Shown here piece by piece: positions 10,316-20,003 of a stretch of 64,000 nucleotides of DNA. This stretch comes from a phage. The notes beneath the pieces are model-generated. The model made no database searches. It saw nothing but the letters and a program-made list of their open reading frames with translations, and was not told where the DNA came from. Both the position numbers and the translations under genes were made by a program. The stretch lies in assembly GCA_009015555.1 (NCBI GenBank), contig GCA_009015555.1_3613.1; one strand, given 5' to 3'. The number at the start of each line of letters is the position of its first letter. Positions within the stretch are counted from its first letter, which is position 1.

Positions 10316-11022
10316 TGGCCCTCCCTCTTGATTTTACAAACTCAGATGTCGTGATGGGAGCACTGACCAAGGCTGTCGGTCGTCTCTGTTTGGACGTAAC
10401 GGGTTATGATGTCGTTGAAGCTGATGAGACCATTCCAAAACCGGAAGGGCCATACATCCTCGTAGACCTTACTCTGCTTACCCCTCTCGACTGGGCAACA
10501 AACGAAGTGGTGGATGAAGAAGGTGTCGTTCATACGGCACACAACTATACCGCCAGCTATACCCTCACCGCTTACCGTGGGAAACCTCACTGGGCATTGT
10601 CCCGGGTGCATCAGGCTTTCGGCCTGCCGTTCATTCGTGAGAAATACTTCCCAACGGGGTCCCCTTATGCGTACTCTTCAACCTCGAACATTGCTCGAAT
10701 GCGTGTACCGCTGAACCAGCAAATGTTTGAGAACCGAGCACGAACCATTATCACTTTCAACGCGACATTCGTAGAGAAAGATATTGGGGCGTTCGAGGAT
10801 GTCGAGCACATCATTATCGGGATCGATATTGACAACCCTTCTGGTCCGCCTGTTGGTATTGAAGCAGACTATGACAAGGGTGTCAATCCCGGCGGTGATG
10901 ACCCTGGCCTACCACCAAAGCCTAACCCTCCGATCGTCTACCATGACGCCATCGCTCAGGTTTGTATGGCAACTCCGGTTATTGATAAGCCAGCGCTTAT
11001 CAGTGACAAGACGGGGGAGTAA
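10315..11022 (+). CDS. hypothetical virion protein (neck or tail completion, by position)
   Basis: 235-aa ORF; start overlaps upstream stop (TAATG); RBS GGAGGA. Confidence 0.5.
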   Translation: MALPLDFTNSDVVMGALTKAVGRLCLDVTGYDVVEADETIPKPEGPYILVDLTLLTPLDWATNEVVDEEGVVHTAHNYTASYTLTAYRGKPHWALSRVHQAFGLPFIREKYFPTGSPYAYSSTSNIARMRVPLNQQMFENRARTIITFNATFVEKDIGAFEDVEHIIIGIDIDNPSGPPVGIEADYDKGVNPGGDDPGLPPKPNPPIVYHDAIAQVCMATPVIDKPALISDKTGE

Positions 11023-11083
11023 TCCCCCCACATATTGGCACATTTGTGCTGGTCAATAATCGTTCAGAAGCAGAGGACACAAA

Positions 11084-12505
11084 ATGGCTGAATATCAAGA
11101 CAAGGTTGTTGACGTTGAGGTTAGCCTTGGCACTCAACCAATCGACACCGTTGGCTTTGAAACCCCGATGTTCCTGGCAATGCACGGCAACTTCCCAGAG
11201 CGTATTCGTTTCTACGTGTCCACTGCTGGGATGGTTGCTGATGGATTTGCAGTAGGTTCCCCGGCATATCAGTTTGCCACCAACGCATTCGCAGGGAACT
11301 TCGCCCCGCAGCGTGTGGCAATCGGACGTATGTCTCTGGAATCTACACGTGTGGACTTCACCGGGACCGCAAACACCGAACAGGTTGTCGTTAATATTAC
11401 CTTGAACAAGATGGTCAAGGCTGTTAAAATTAACGTACTGCCTGGAAACACCCCAGCCCAGATTGCTACGGCACTGGCTGATGCAGTTACCGCAGATGCA
11501 GATTTGACTGGCAAAGTCACTGCTGTTGCGAATGGGACTTATGTGACCATTTCAGCGGTATCTCCGAACGTGGTTAGCGTAGGTAAAGGCGCAGGTACTT
11601 ATAAGATCGTAAACGAATCTGGTGAGACTGTTGCAACTGCCCTGCCGTTCGTTCTTGCAGAGAACCACAACTGGTACTTCCTGTCAACGGAAGCCCGTTC
11701 TGATGCAGACATCGTTGCTGCCGCAGAGTTCTCCAAAGCGAACTACAAGCTGCACGTTTACAACTCCACCGATGTGGACGCATACGCCCCCGAGAACTCC
11801 GCTGCCTCCGTGTTCGACACGTTGAAGGCTCTGAGTTATGACTCTCTGGGAACATCCGACGCAGGTGCTGACGTTGACTTCACCGAAGGCTCTGTCATCG
11901 GCGCGATGGCTGCGAACGATCCTTCTTACGGCGACTCCTTGCACCTGAAAACGATGCCGGGTATGGTTCCGTTTGCTGGCTCCGACACTCAGCGTTCCAA
12001 CGCTTGGTCTCGTAACGCAAACATCTACCGTTCCCTGTACGGTGGTGGTAGCTACATCGAAGGTAAAACTTCTTCTGGGCAGTACGTTGACGTGATTCGC
12101 TTCTCCCATTGGGTTAAATTCCGTATGGAAGAATCCGTGTTCGCGTACATGAAGCGCCGTTCTGACATGGGTCTGTCCATGAAGATGAGCGACGAAGACC
12201 TGCCTGTACTGAAGTCTGTTCTGATGAACAACCCGATCAACATCGGTATTCGTAATGGTGGTATTCTGACTGGCTACGACGCTGAAAACAAAGTGTCCTA
12301 CGACCCGACGATCACTATTCCGAAACGCGCCCAGATCCCGACGAATGACCTTGCTGCACGTATCCTGCGTGACGTGAAGGTAGAGCTTGTGTACAACAAC
12401 TCTCTGCACTACGTTAAGATCCGCGCTTCCGTTGTACTGGATCGCCCGGCGGGCCAGAGCACCAACGCTCAGGCCCCGATGTCTTCCTCTGCTGTAGGAG
12501 TGTAA
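11084..12505 (+). CDS. tail sheath-like protein
   Basis: 473 aa; N-terminus MAEYQDKVVDVEV resembles sheath N-termini; followed by 160-aa tube-size gene, frameshifted chaperone pair and tape measure. Confidence 0.5.
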   Translation: MAEYQDKVVDVEVSLGTQPIDTVGFETPMFLAMHGNFPERIRFYVSTAGMVADGFAVGSPAYQFATNAFAGNFAPQRVAIGRMSLESTRVDFTGTANTEQVVVNITLNKMVKAVKINVLPGNTPAQIATALADAVTADADLTGKVTAVANGTYVTISAVSPNVVSVGKGAGTYKIVNESGETVATALPFVLAENHNWYFLSTEARSDADIVAAAEFSKANYKLHVYNSTDVDAYAPENSAASVFDTLKALSYDSLGTSDAGADVDFTEGSVIGAMAANDPSYGDSLHLKTMPGMVPFAGSDTQRSNAWSRNANIYRSLYGGGSYIEGKTSSGQYVDVIRFSHWVKFRMEESVFAYMKRRSDMGLSMKMSDEDLPVLKSVLMNNPINIGIRNGGILTGYDAENKVSYDPTITIPKRAQIPTNDLAARILRDVKVELVYNNSLHYVKIRASVVLDRPAGQSTNAQAPMSSSAVGV

Positions 12506-12508
12506 TAG

Positions 12509-12991
12509 ATGCTGAACCAATCCAAAATCTTGACGATGCAGGCGTATGACCCTGCGAAAGTCCTCGTCTTTATTGGTGGACAGCGTGTCTCTGGATTTGC
12601 AGCGGATACGAAGATCGTTATTACTCGTAACAACGACAACATCACCGTTCATGCGGGTGTTGACGGCGAGATCAGTAACGCACTGTCCCGTGATAACACC
12701 GGGGTCATGACCCTCTCCCTCCAGAACACGGCCCAATGGAACGGCTATCTGGCCCAGTGGCAGCGCCAGGCTAACGTAACTGGCCTGATTTATCTGCCTG
12801 TCCAAGTGGAAGGTTCTCAGGGTCTGTCCCTGAACACCATCGGCTGGATTCAGAAGCAGCCTGACCTGAGCTACGGCTCCGAAGTTGGTCAGATGGACTG
12901 GGAAATCGGTGTACTGGACGCATGGCTGTCTCCTGACCAGATTCAAGGCGTCGCTGCCGGGATCACTGGTCTGGTTGGACTGGACCAATAA
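12509..12991 (+). CDS. tail tube-like protein
   Basis: 160-aa ORF directly after sheath-like gene; RBS GGAG. Confidence 0.45.
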   Translation: MLNQSKILTMQAYDPAKVLVFIGGQRVSGFAADTKIVITRNNDNITVHAGVDGEISNALSRDNTGVMTLSLQNTAQWNGYLAQWQRQANVTGLIYLPVQVEGSQGLSLNTIGWIQKQPDLSYGSEVGQMDWEIGVLDAWLSPDQIQGVAAGITGLVGLDQ

Positions 12992-13062
12992 CAACGTGAG
13001 CCACATGGATGTGGCCTTTTCTCACGGCATGGATTATTCAACAGAAGACACAGGAGTGTATC

Positions 13063-13539
13063 ATGTTTAAGGTTAAGAAGTCCACAGAAGTTGTTCTGTG
13101 CGGCGGAAAGCGTTTCACAATTTATCACTGGTCACCAAGCCAAGTGATTCGTAATATGCCTAAAATTGGTCGCCTGGTGGCGGTCCCGATGGGCACGGTG
13201 GCTGGCTCTGCCCTCTCAAAAGGAGAAGGATTCAGTGACGCCATCCCTACCGCGATCCTTTACATCCTCGACCAGATCGAAGACGGTGGTGAAGAGATCA
13301 TCAACATGCTGCTCGAAGGTGTAGAAGTAGACAGCATGGGTGGCCCAATCGACATTGACGTAGTTTTCGAAGACCACGTTGAAGACCTGATTACTCTGCT
13401 CGGTAAGGTAGTTGAAGTCAACTATGGCTGTTTTTTCGGCAAGAGCGGTTTCGGGACCATCGACACGTTCCTCAAACGTCTGGGGCTGGCGCGAGCGGTG
13501 GAACAACTGGACGAGAATCCGACCCAGACGGAAACCTGA
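13063..13539 (+). CDS. tail assembly chaperone (short product)
   Basis: Track ORF 13009..13539; ATG at 13063 has AGGAG 7 nt upstream; acidic small protein between tube-like gene and tape measure. Confidence 0.55.
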   Translation: MFKVKKSTEVVLCGGKRFTIYHWSPSQVIRNMPKIGRLVAVPMGTVAGSALSKGEGFSDAIPTAILYILDQIEDGGEEIINMLLEGVEVDSMGGPIDIDVVFEDHVEDLITLLGKVVEVNYGCFFGKSGFGTIDTFLKRLGLARAVEQLDENPTQTET

Positions 13540-13808
13540 TCCCGCTAAGTACCGTAGAGAAAGCACTTGAGTATGCACGGAAGAACTCTTCTCTAAAATG
13601 GTATGACTACCTTTACTTCAGGGTAATGGAGCGGTTCAAGGGTGTCAATGAGATCTCTATTGAAGCTGGCGATATGGAAGACCTCCTGAAGAAAAACGAA
13701 TACTTGGACATCCAGGATTTCGTACAGGAAGCCAAGCAGAAGGACATCGATCAGGCACGGAAGAATGCTGAACAAGCTGCCCGCACGAAGAAGTTTAAGG
13801 GAGGATAA
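13063..13808 (+). CDS. tail assembly chaperone, long product via programmed -1 frameshift at T_TTT_TTC (13431-13437)
   Basis: Slippery heptamer TTTTTTC in codons Cys141-Phe-Phe; -1 frame is open from 13416 through 13808 and includes track ORF 13626..13808; canonical G/GT-type arrangement before tape measure. Confidence 0.45.
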
Positions 13809-13810
13809 GG

Positions 13811-13848
13811 GCTGGAGTCGAAAGACTCTGGCCTTTTCTTTTTGAGGC
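13811..13848 (+). terminator. terminator-like hairpin with T-tract (possible attenuator before tape measure gene)
   Basis: GCTGGAGTC-GAAA-GACTCTGGC stem with wobble pairs followed by TTTTCTTTTT. Confidence 0.35.
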
Positions 13849-13872
13849 GTTATAATTGCCGGAGGAGGATCA

Positions 13873-16317
13873 ATGGCAAGTGGAAACGTGATTGTCACCA
13901 AAACAGTCAACCGTACAACGTTTGAGGTGGACAAATCCTCGTATGCCCGGGCGGTCAAACAGATCCGTCAAGTTGGCAAAGAGTGGGAGAAGGCATCTGA
14001 TGCAATCTCTAAACCAAAGAAAGACCCGGCTAAAGCCTACGACAAATCAGCCCAGCAGATGCGCCTGGTGAATAAGCGCTTGGCAGAAACCCGCGCCCGT
14101 GAAGAGAAACGCGCCTCTGAACGCAGCATCGCGCTGGCCCGTCGAGAGGCGAAGGCCAAAGAAGCGATCGCCAAGGTATCCGCTGCTCGTATTAAGCAGC
14201 AGGTACAGCAGATGACCGCCCCTCGTGCCGGAATGAGCGAGATGAAGAAGTTCTACCAGCAGCAAGAGCGTGAGGCCAAGAAGGCTAACCGTAAAGCTAC
14301 GACTGGTATGAATGCAGCATCCCGTCCGATGAACGTTACCCGAATCAACTCTCTCCAACTGCCCCCTCGTGGTGGTCAGGGGACCGGAATGGTGGGTGAT
14401 CCGAATAAAGTTTACAACCCGGAATTGATCGCTGCCCAGAACCGTGCAATGGCAGGTCGAATCCGCAGTCAGTCTCAGGCCCAGGACCGCAGAACCAAGG
14501 CAGAGACACGCCGCAAGGCGGCTGAAGCGGCTCGTGCAGCCCGCATCGAAGATGTTATGGCACAACAGCGTATTCGTTTGTCATCCAAGTATGGCCGCAA
14601 CTATGCGGGCCGTCTTGGTGGAAATGCCGCTGGTCAAGGTATCCAAGATCTGAACCGTCAGTTCCGTACCGGGGCGCTGTCCGCCGGACAGTATCGCCAG
14701 AGTATTCAAGCACTGGAACGCCAGTTCCGTTCGGCACAGGCAAGTGCAGGCGGGTTTGGGGCCGTCATTGGAGACATCCGCTCCCAACTGTTGGGCGCAG
14801 GTGCAGCATACGGTGTATTTGCCGCAGGCGCAAGTGTTCTTCAACAAGGCCAGTTCTTCCAGGGTATGGATGCAACGATGACGATGGTTTCTGATTCATC
14901 CGAAGAAGCTGCAAAAAGAATCCAGTTCTTGAAGGATCAGGCTTATCGACTCGGATTGGATCTTAAAATCGCTTCTCAGGGCTACGTGCAGATGTCCGTC
15001 AACTCCGACGGTATCCTGAATAAGGCTCAGAACGATGAATTGTTCAAAGGCTTCTCTGAGTACGCAACGGCCCTTCAGGTTGACCCGGTTAAGTTCCAGC
15101 GTGGTATCACCGCGATCGGGCAGATGATGGGTAAAGGCCAGATCATGGCTGAAGAATTGAAAGGCCAGTTGGCTGAAGGTATCCCGGGTTCATTGCAGGT
15201 ATTCGTGAAGGCGTCTCAGGAAGCGTTCAACGACACCACCATCGACGTTGAAAAACTCATGGATATGATGCAGAAGGGTGAACTGAAAGCTGCCAAAGTT
15301 CTGCCATTCGTAGCCAAATACTTCGCCGAAGCTGCCCGTAACGGCGGCGCGTTGGATAAGGCATTGCAGAGCAACCGTGTGGCGATGCAACAGATGCAGC
15401 AGACGTGGGTTAACTTCCAGAACGCCATCTTCCAGGGTGGTTTCGGCGAGCAAATGACCCGTGTGTTCCGTGATCTCGCAACAATCCTTGATAGTAACGG
15501 TGAACTGGCAACCAACCTCGGGGCCTTCTTCGGCAATGTGATCGAGGGGTTCTGGGACATGGTTACAGAGATCCACGATGACTTCGTTCTGTTGGACCGT
15601 ATCGTCAGCTACTATGCTGAGAAACTCGGTTACCAAGGTGAACTCCTCAAGGATGTTTTCAACTGGGCAGGGTATGCAGTCGGCATGGCGATCTTCGTCG
15701 GCAGTCTCTACAAAATCTTCGGTATCCTTAGCAAAATCGCTGGACTGCGTGGTGCTCTTAAAGAGATCCGTGGTACAATGGGTGGCGATATGGGCGGAGG
15801 CCGTGGAGGAAGAGGTGGTAGAGGCGGACGTGGGGGCGGAGGCCGTGGAAATGGTTGGGGTGCTCCTCGCGGGGGTGGTGGATTCAAGCTGCCTGTTGTT
15901 CCTGGGCCGTGGCCTATGGTGGCAGGTATCCTTGGATGGAACTGGCTGAACGATGAGGAAGTTAACGCCAAAGCTCAGGCTGTAAATGAGTTCATGGCAC
16001 CTGCCCGTGCAACCCAGTCCCCTATCGAGCAAGCACTCACGGGGGACATGGGTCTCTTCATGAAGACAGCGTTCTACTCTTTGTTTGGTTCCAAGAAGGA
16101 AGCTCCAAGCACAACCATCGATCCTGAACGTTTGGTTACCGCTGGCGCTTCTGGGCCATATCCGGGGCCGTTCCCAATCAATCAGCCTCCTCAAAAGGTT
16201 GAGGGCAACGTGACCATCGAGATCAAGGCTGGCGAATTGAAGAACATGATTCGTGCCGTTGTTGATGAGAACAACCAGTTCAACTTCAACATGCTCATCC
16301 AGGGTGGGCCTAACTAA
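13873..16317 (+). CDS. tail tape measure protein
   Basis: 814 aa; Ala/Gln/Arg-rich coiled-coil composition; internal GGRGGRGGRGGRGGGG tract; RBS GGAGGAGG; position after frameshifted chaperone. Confidence 0.75.
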   Translation: MASGNVIVTKTVNRTTFEVDKSSYARAVKQIRQVGKEWEKASDAISKPKKDPAKAYDKSAQQMRLVNKRLAETRAREEKRASERSIALARREAKAKEAIAKVSAARIKQQVQQMTAPRAGMSEMKKFYQQQEREAKKANRKATTGMNAASRPMNVTRINSLQLPPRGGQGTGMVGDPNKVYNPELIAAQNRAMAGRIRSQSQAQDRRTKAETRRKAAEAARAARIEDVMAQQRIRLSSKYGRNYAGRLGGNAAGQGIQDLNRQFRTGALSAGQYRQSIQALERQFRSAQASAGGFGAVIGDIRSQLLGAGAAYGVFAAGASVLQQGQFFQGMDATMTMVSDSSEEAAKRIQFLKDQAYRLGLDLKIASQGYVQMSVNSDGILNKAQNDELFKGFSEYATALQVDPVKFQRGITAIGQMMGKGQIMAEELKGQLAEGIPGSLQVFVKASQEAFNDTTIDVEKLMDMMQKGELKAAKVLPFVAKYFAEAARNGGALDKALQSNRVAMQQMQQTWVNFQNAIFQGGFGEQMTRVFRDLATILDSNGELATNLGAFFGNVIEGFWDMVTEIHDDFVLLDRIVSYYAEKLGYQGELLKDVFNWAGYAVGMAIFVGSLYKIFGILSKIAGLRGALKEIRGTMGGDMGGGRGGRGGRGGRGGGGRGNGWGAPRGGGGFKLPVVPGPWPMVAGILGWNWLNDEEVNAKAQAVNEFMAPARATQSPIEQALTGDMGLFMKTAFYSLFGSKKEAPSTTIDPERLVTAGASGPYPGPFPINQPPQKVEGNVTIEIKAGELKNMIRAVVDENNQFNFNMLIQGGPN
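15779..15900 (+). repeat. Gly/Arg-rich low-complexity tract inside tape measure gene
   Basis: Encodes GGDMGGGRGGRGGRGGRGGGGRGNGWGAPRGGGGF. Confidence 0.6.
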
Positions 16318-16318
16318 T

Positions 16319-16347
16319 CAAGGGGGCTTCGGCCCCCTTTTTTATTG
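16319..16347 (+). terminator. rho-independent terminator after tape measure gene
   Basis: AAGGGGGC-TTCG-GCCCCCTT stem followed by TTTTATT. Confidence 0.55.
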
Positions 16348-16357
16348 CCTGCATTCA

Positions 16358-16366
16358 TGCTAAAAT
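16358..16366 (+). promoter_or_regulatory. candidate extended -10 promoter (TGcTAAAAT)
   Basis: TGnTAAAAT motif between terminator and next RBS. Confidence 0.3.
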
Positions 16367-16386
16367 ACTAGCACAGGAGGACTTTT

Positions 16387-17250
16387 ATGGCAAGTTACGA
16401 AAACGGTGTTTACGTTCCGTCAACGGAACAAGAGAAGAAAATGAAGGAGGCCGTTGACGACTGGCGGGCTGGAGTCGATCGGAAGGAAAAGGCGGTTTCT
16501 AACGCCAAGGCACGTGAAGACATTCAGTACACCATGTTCGTTTCCGGACTGCGCCGTGGACGGTTGAACGAGTTCGAGAGCAAAAACCAGACAGATGACC
16601 TGGCAATCCTCTTCGACTCAGTTACCAACCATAGTTACACAAAGGACTACAACAAGTCAAGCTATGCGGTGGAGTCAAAGGCAAAAGCCTCTGACCACGT
16701 AACAACGCAGGATGGCAAGTTTACGTTCTCTGGCACAGTTACCGACTCCCCTTACTTGATTGACCCTCGGAACATGATTGATCGGGACACAGATAAGGAA
16801 AACCCGATGCTTGCCCGCCGCCCGGCGAAGGCCATCGAGATTCTCGAACTGATTGCCGACTCACACCAGCTTGTAACTCTCGTCACCGAGGACAATATCC
16901 TCAGTAATTATGTTATCACCAACTTCCAAGTGGATCGTAGTTCAGAGACAGGATCTTCAATCAACGTGCAGGTTACGTTGGAAGAGTTCCGCTTCAAGAT
17001 GGTTAACAAGACCGTAATGGCTCGTACTTCTGACCCCAAGAAGGCTAAAAACGCCAACACCGGGACGAAGCAAACGGCTGAAGGTGGCGCGGTGGATGAC
17101 AGTGCGAAGCAGAAGCGTCAAACACCGTATATCGGGAAGAATGCTGAAACAAAAGAGCGCTGGGAAAACGCAGCTATCGGTACTACTGATTTCGGCGGGA
17201 AGCCGGGGGCGAAGCTACCGTTTGACCCATCTGACCTGATGAGGAAGTAA
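16387..17250 (+). CDS. tail or baseplate protein (post-tape-measure)
   Basis: 287-aa ORF with RBS AGGAGG; gene order. Confidence 0.5.
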   Translation: MASYENGVYVPSTEQEKKMKEAVDDWRAGVDRKEKAVSNAKAREDIQYTMFVSGLRRGRLNEFESKNQTDDLAILFDSVTNHSYTKDYNKSSYAVESKAKASDHVTTQDGKFTFSGTVTDSPYLIDPRNMIDRDTDKENPMLARRPAKAIEILELIADSHQLVTLVTEDNILSNYVITNFQVDRSSETGSSINVQVTLEEFRFKMVNKTVMARTSDPKKAKNANTGTKQTAEGGAVDDSAKQKRQTPYIGKNAETKERWENAAIGTTDFGGKPGAKLPFDPSDLMRK

Positions 17251-17252
17251 TT

Positions 17253-17627
17253 TTGGCTAACACTACAGAACGTACTGTGGTTCGGACCTTTGACTTTGAG
17301 TTGAGTGGCTATCCGGACGAAACATTCCGTGTGGTATTGGACTCCGTGACTTACGAACTCCGATTCATGTGGAATGAACGAGATGACTCATGGTTCATGT
17401 CTTTGGGGGATGTCGGTGCCCAGCGCCCAACCATTACCTCTAAACTGACCTGCTACTCTGACATCTTGGCCCCTTACCGCTATCTTGACAACGTACCTAA
17501 TGGCAACCTTTACCTCTGGCCCCTTGGGGACATCAGAACCCGGGCTGGACGTTTTAACATCGGCCCCCTTAAAGGTATCCAGATGACCTATTCGTCCCTT
17601 ATTGAGGACGTGGAGGATATTGAATAA
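17253..17627 (+). CDS. small baseplate-region protein
   Basis: 124-aa ORF, TTG start with GAGGAAG upstream. Confidence 0.45.
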   Translation: MANTTERTVVRTFDFELSGYPDETFRVVLDSVTYELRFMWNERDDSWFMSLGDVGAQRPTITSKLTCYSDILAPYRYLDNVPNGNLYLWPLGDIRTRAGRFNIGPLKGIQMTYSSLIEDVEDIE

Positions 17628-18619
17628 TGCGAGCTATGGAGAGGACTTATACCCTGGTGATTGGTCGTCCGGTGGTTATCGGCGAGAAGCCCGTTAACAT
17701 CGAGAAGTTTGCCAACACCAGTAAAGGTGATGCCTACGAGATCAAAGACCTCCACATTGAATTTAATGTGAAGAAGGATAACTCGAAGGAACCCAACAAA
17801 GGATACGTCACAGTTTACAACTTGTCAGATGAGGTTGTCAACTATCTCTCTGTAAACCAGCGTGAATCTCTTGCGGTTATGCTTCATGCGGGTTACAACG
17901 GTGACGAAAAGCTGATCTTCTCAGGGACAGTGGAGTATGTAGAGGACGACTTCCCAGAAGAAACGCGAACAACAAAGTTCATTCTCGGCGACGGTACATT
18001 GAACCTGACAACTGCGACCACAGCGCGGTCTTACCGCAAAGGGACTCCTATCAACAGCGTACTCAATGACCTGATTGCTGATTTGAAACTGCCAAAGGGT
18101 CGTGTGATTGACTTTGGTAATCAGACTCTGCAAACCTCTATGGCCTTTACAGGTAACGCTTCCCAGAACCTTGCCAATTTGGCGAAGAATACAGGATCTA
18201 CGTTCTCTGTGCAAGACGGCGCGGTGTATTGGACGAAAGAAGGTTCTCGTTTCAACAACGTGATGTTTGAGATTTCCGAAGAGGGCGGGATGGTTGGCAC
18301 ACCGACACCGAAACAACCATCATCCTCTAAAAAGCTGATTAAGGCTAAAGCTAAGGCCAAGGCGGACGCGGCGGAGGGTAAAAAACCCAAAGCTCCGTCG
18401 AAGAAGAAGAAAGAGCACGACATCAAGGAAGATGTGGGGATGACAGTCTCAACCCTCCTGAATGGTGCGATCCTACCTGAATCGACGGTCTATCTCAACA
18501 CTCGCTACCACAAAGGCTTCTACAAAGTTGCCGAGTTGACGCACAGAGGTGGCTACGAAACCGGGGATTGGATTACCGAACTTGGCCTGGTGGAAACACG
18601 TGGCGAATTGATCAAATAA
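17627..18619 (+). CDS. baseplate hub-like protein
   Basis: 330-aa ORF overlapping upstream stop; lysine-rich internal linker; gene order. Confidence 0.45.
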   Translation: MRAMERTYTLVIGRPVVIGEKPVNIEKFANTSKGDAYEIKDLHIEFNVKKDNSKEPNKGYVTVYNLSDEVVNYLSVNQRESLAVMLHAGYNGDEKLIFSGTVEYVEDDFPEETRTTKFILGDGTLNLTTATTARSYRKGTPINSVLNDLIADLKLPKGRVIDFGNQTLQTSMAFTGNASQNLANLAKNTGSTFSVQDGAVYWTKEGSRFNNVMFEISEEGGMVGTPTPKQPSSSKKLIKAKAKAKADAAEGKKPKAPSKKKKEHDIKEDVGMTVSTLLNGAILPESTVYLNTRYHKGFYKVAELTHRGGYETGDWITELGLVETRGELIK

Positions 18620-18628
18620 GGAGTTGAC

Positions 18629-19372
18629 GTGGCATACGCTGACCGCTATGATGCAGCATTTGGAATTTACATTTCCCGATTCCTGCGTAATAACGTCCAC
18701 ACGAACATTCGTGGGAAGGTGGTTGGGGTGAACTACAGTGGGCCGTCTGTTGATGTTCAACCGATGGCCTACACAGAGTTCCCTTCTGGAACCACAGACC
18801 GATACCCGGTTATTTATGATGTCCCTGTCCTGTTGCCGTCAGGCGCAGGGGGTAAGGCCCGCCTGACCATGCCGATTAAGCCCGGCGACGTGGTAGGTCT
18901 CTCCTTCTCTGAGCGGAACGAGGGGGACAATAACGATCAGAACACTCACCAACTGTTTGCCGGGTGGGCCGTCACCCAGATCTTCACCGATGGCAACTCA
19001 AAGGCGATTCATCCAGACAACGTTGTCTTGGAGAACGATAAAGCCATTATCACCCTGAAGCCTAACGGGGACACTTCCCTTCAGAACCCCAAGGTTACTG
19101 TGGAAGCCCTTGCGGACGGCAACGTCAAGATCAGTAATGGCACCGGGGAGTTCACCATGAGTCCTTCCGGGGAGATCAAGGGCGGAAACAAAGGAGGGTC
19201 ATTCACCCTTCAGTCCTCTGGGCAGTTGATGTGTAACGGAGCACGGATCACCACCTCTGGAAGAATCATTACTGCCAATGGTGTTGACATGGACGACTTC
19301 TATCAGAAGTATATGTCCCACACCCACGGCGGCGTAGAGCGCGGCGGTGATAACACCAATCCGCCGAACTAA
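18629..19372 (+). CDS. baseplate spike-like protein
   Basis: 247 aa; GTG start with AAGGAG; C-terminal HTHGG tip motif resembling metal-binding spike apex. Confidence 0.45.
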   Translation: MAYADRYDAAFGIYISRFLRNNVHTNIRGKVVGVNYSGPSVDVQPMAYTEFPSGTTDRYPVIYDVPVLLPSGAGGKARLTMPIKPGDVVGLSFSERNEGDNNDQNTHQLFAGWAVTQIFTDGNSKAIHPDNVVLENDKAIITLKPNGDTSLQNPKVTVEALADGNVKISNGTGEFTMSPSGEIKGGNKGGSFTLQSSGQLMCNGARITTSGRIITANGVDMDDFYQKYMSHTHGGVERGGDNTNPPN

Positions 19373-19380
19373 GGAGAATC

Positions 19381-19914
19381 ATGGCTACTCAGTTTAAAGA
19401 CCTGCTCCTCGATCCCTTGACCGGGGATCTGGACTTCGGAACCCCGGGAGACCGGGGCATGAGACTGGCTCTTACGAACCAACTGTCCCTGCGCCAGCGC
19501 CTGTATTTGCGTTTCGCAATTTGGGCAGGGGATTGGTACTTTGACGAAACATTCGGATTCCCTTACCGGACCTTCATTGGCAAGAAAACGGTAAAGGCAG
19601 TCCTCGACGGAAGGATCAAGTCGGAGGTTCGGCAAGAGCCGGATGTTCTTCAAATCACCGACTTCCAGTCAACGATGGATGTGGTTGGTCGTTCGTATAA
19701 GTGCTTCTTCACCGTGGTGACTGCCGAAGGTGAAGAGATCAACTTGGCGTTCGTTGGTGAGGACCAGTACCAATATCCTACACCACCGGAGAGCAACGTG
19801 CAACTTTGCGGTGACGAAGGCGTCATCATCAATTTCAAAAACAAACTGTACTACCTTATTAACTTCCAACTGCCGAAATACGGTGACAGTACGTGGGTTA
19901 ATACTTGGAAATGA
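19381..19914 (+). CDS. baseplate protein
   Basis: 177-aa ORF with RBS AAGGAGA; gene order. Confidence 0.45.
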   Translation: MATQFKDLLLDPLTGDLDFGTPGDRGMRLALTNQLSLRQRLYLRFAIWAGDWYFDETFGFPYRTFIGKKTVKAVLDGRIKSEVRQEPDVLQITDFQSTMDVVGRSYKCFFTVVTAEGEEINLAFVGEDQYQYPTPPESNVQLCGDEGVIINFKNKLYYLINFQLPKYGDSTWVNTWK

Positions 19915-19916
19915 CA

Positions 19917-19945
19917 AAGGGAGCCTCTGGCTCCCTTTTCTTTTA
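19917..19945 (+). terminator. rho-independent terminator
   Basis: AAGGGAGCC-TCT-GGCTCCCTT stem followed by TTCTTTT. Confidence 0.55.
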
Positions 19946-19960
19946 ATTCTCAGTGGAATA

Positions 19961-19969
19961 TGATAAAAT
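19961..19969 (+). promoter_or_regulatory. candidate extended -10 promoter (TGaTAAAAT)
   Basis: TGnTAAAAT motif after terminator, upstream of RBS AGGAGG. Confidence 0.3.
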
Positions 19970-20003
19970 ACGCTTATCGCCTAATTTAAGCGCAGGAGGA
20001 GTA

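Noticed and set aside
11684-13006. 440-aa minus-strand ORF antisense to the sheath-like and tube-like genes
   Set aside because: Arg/Val/His-rich out-of-frame composition, no RBS, contradicts the unidirectional structural operon.
15190-16194. 334-aa minus-strand ORF antisense to the tape measure gene
   Set aside because: Lies entirely inside the tape measure gene; low-complexity out-of-frame translation.
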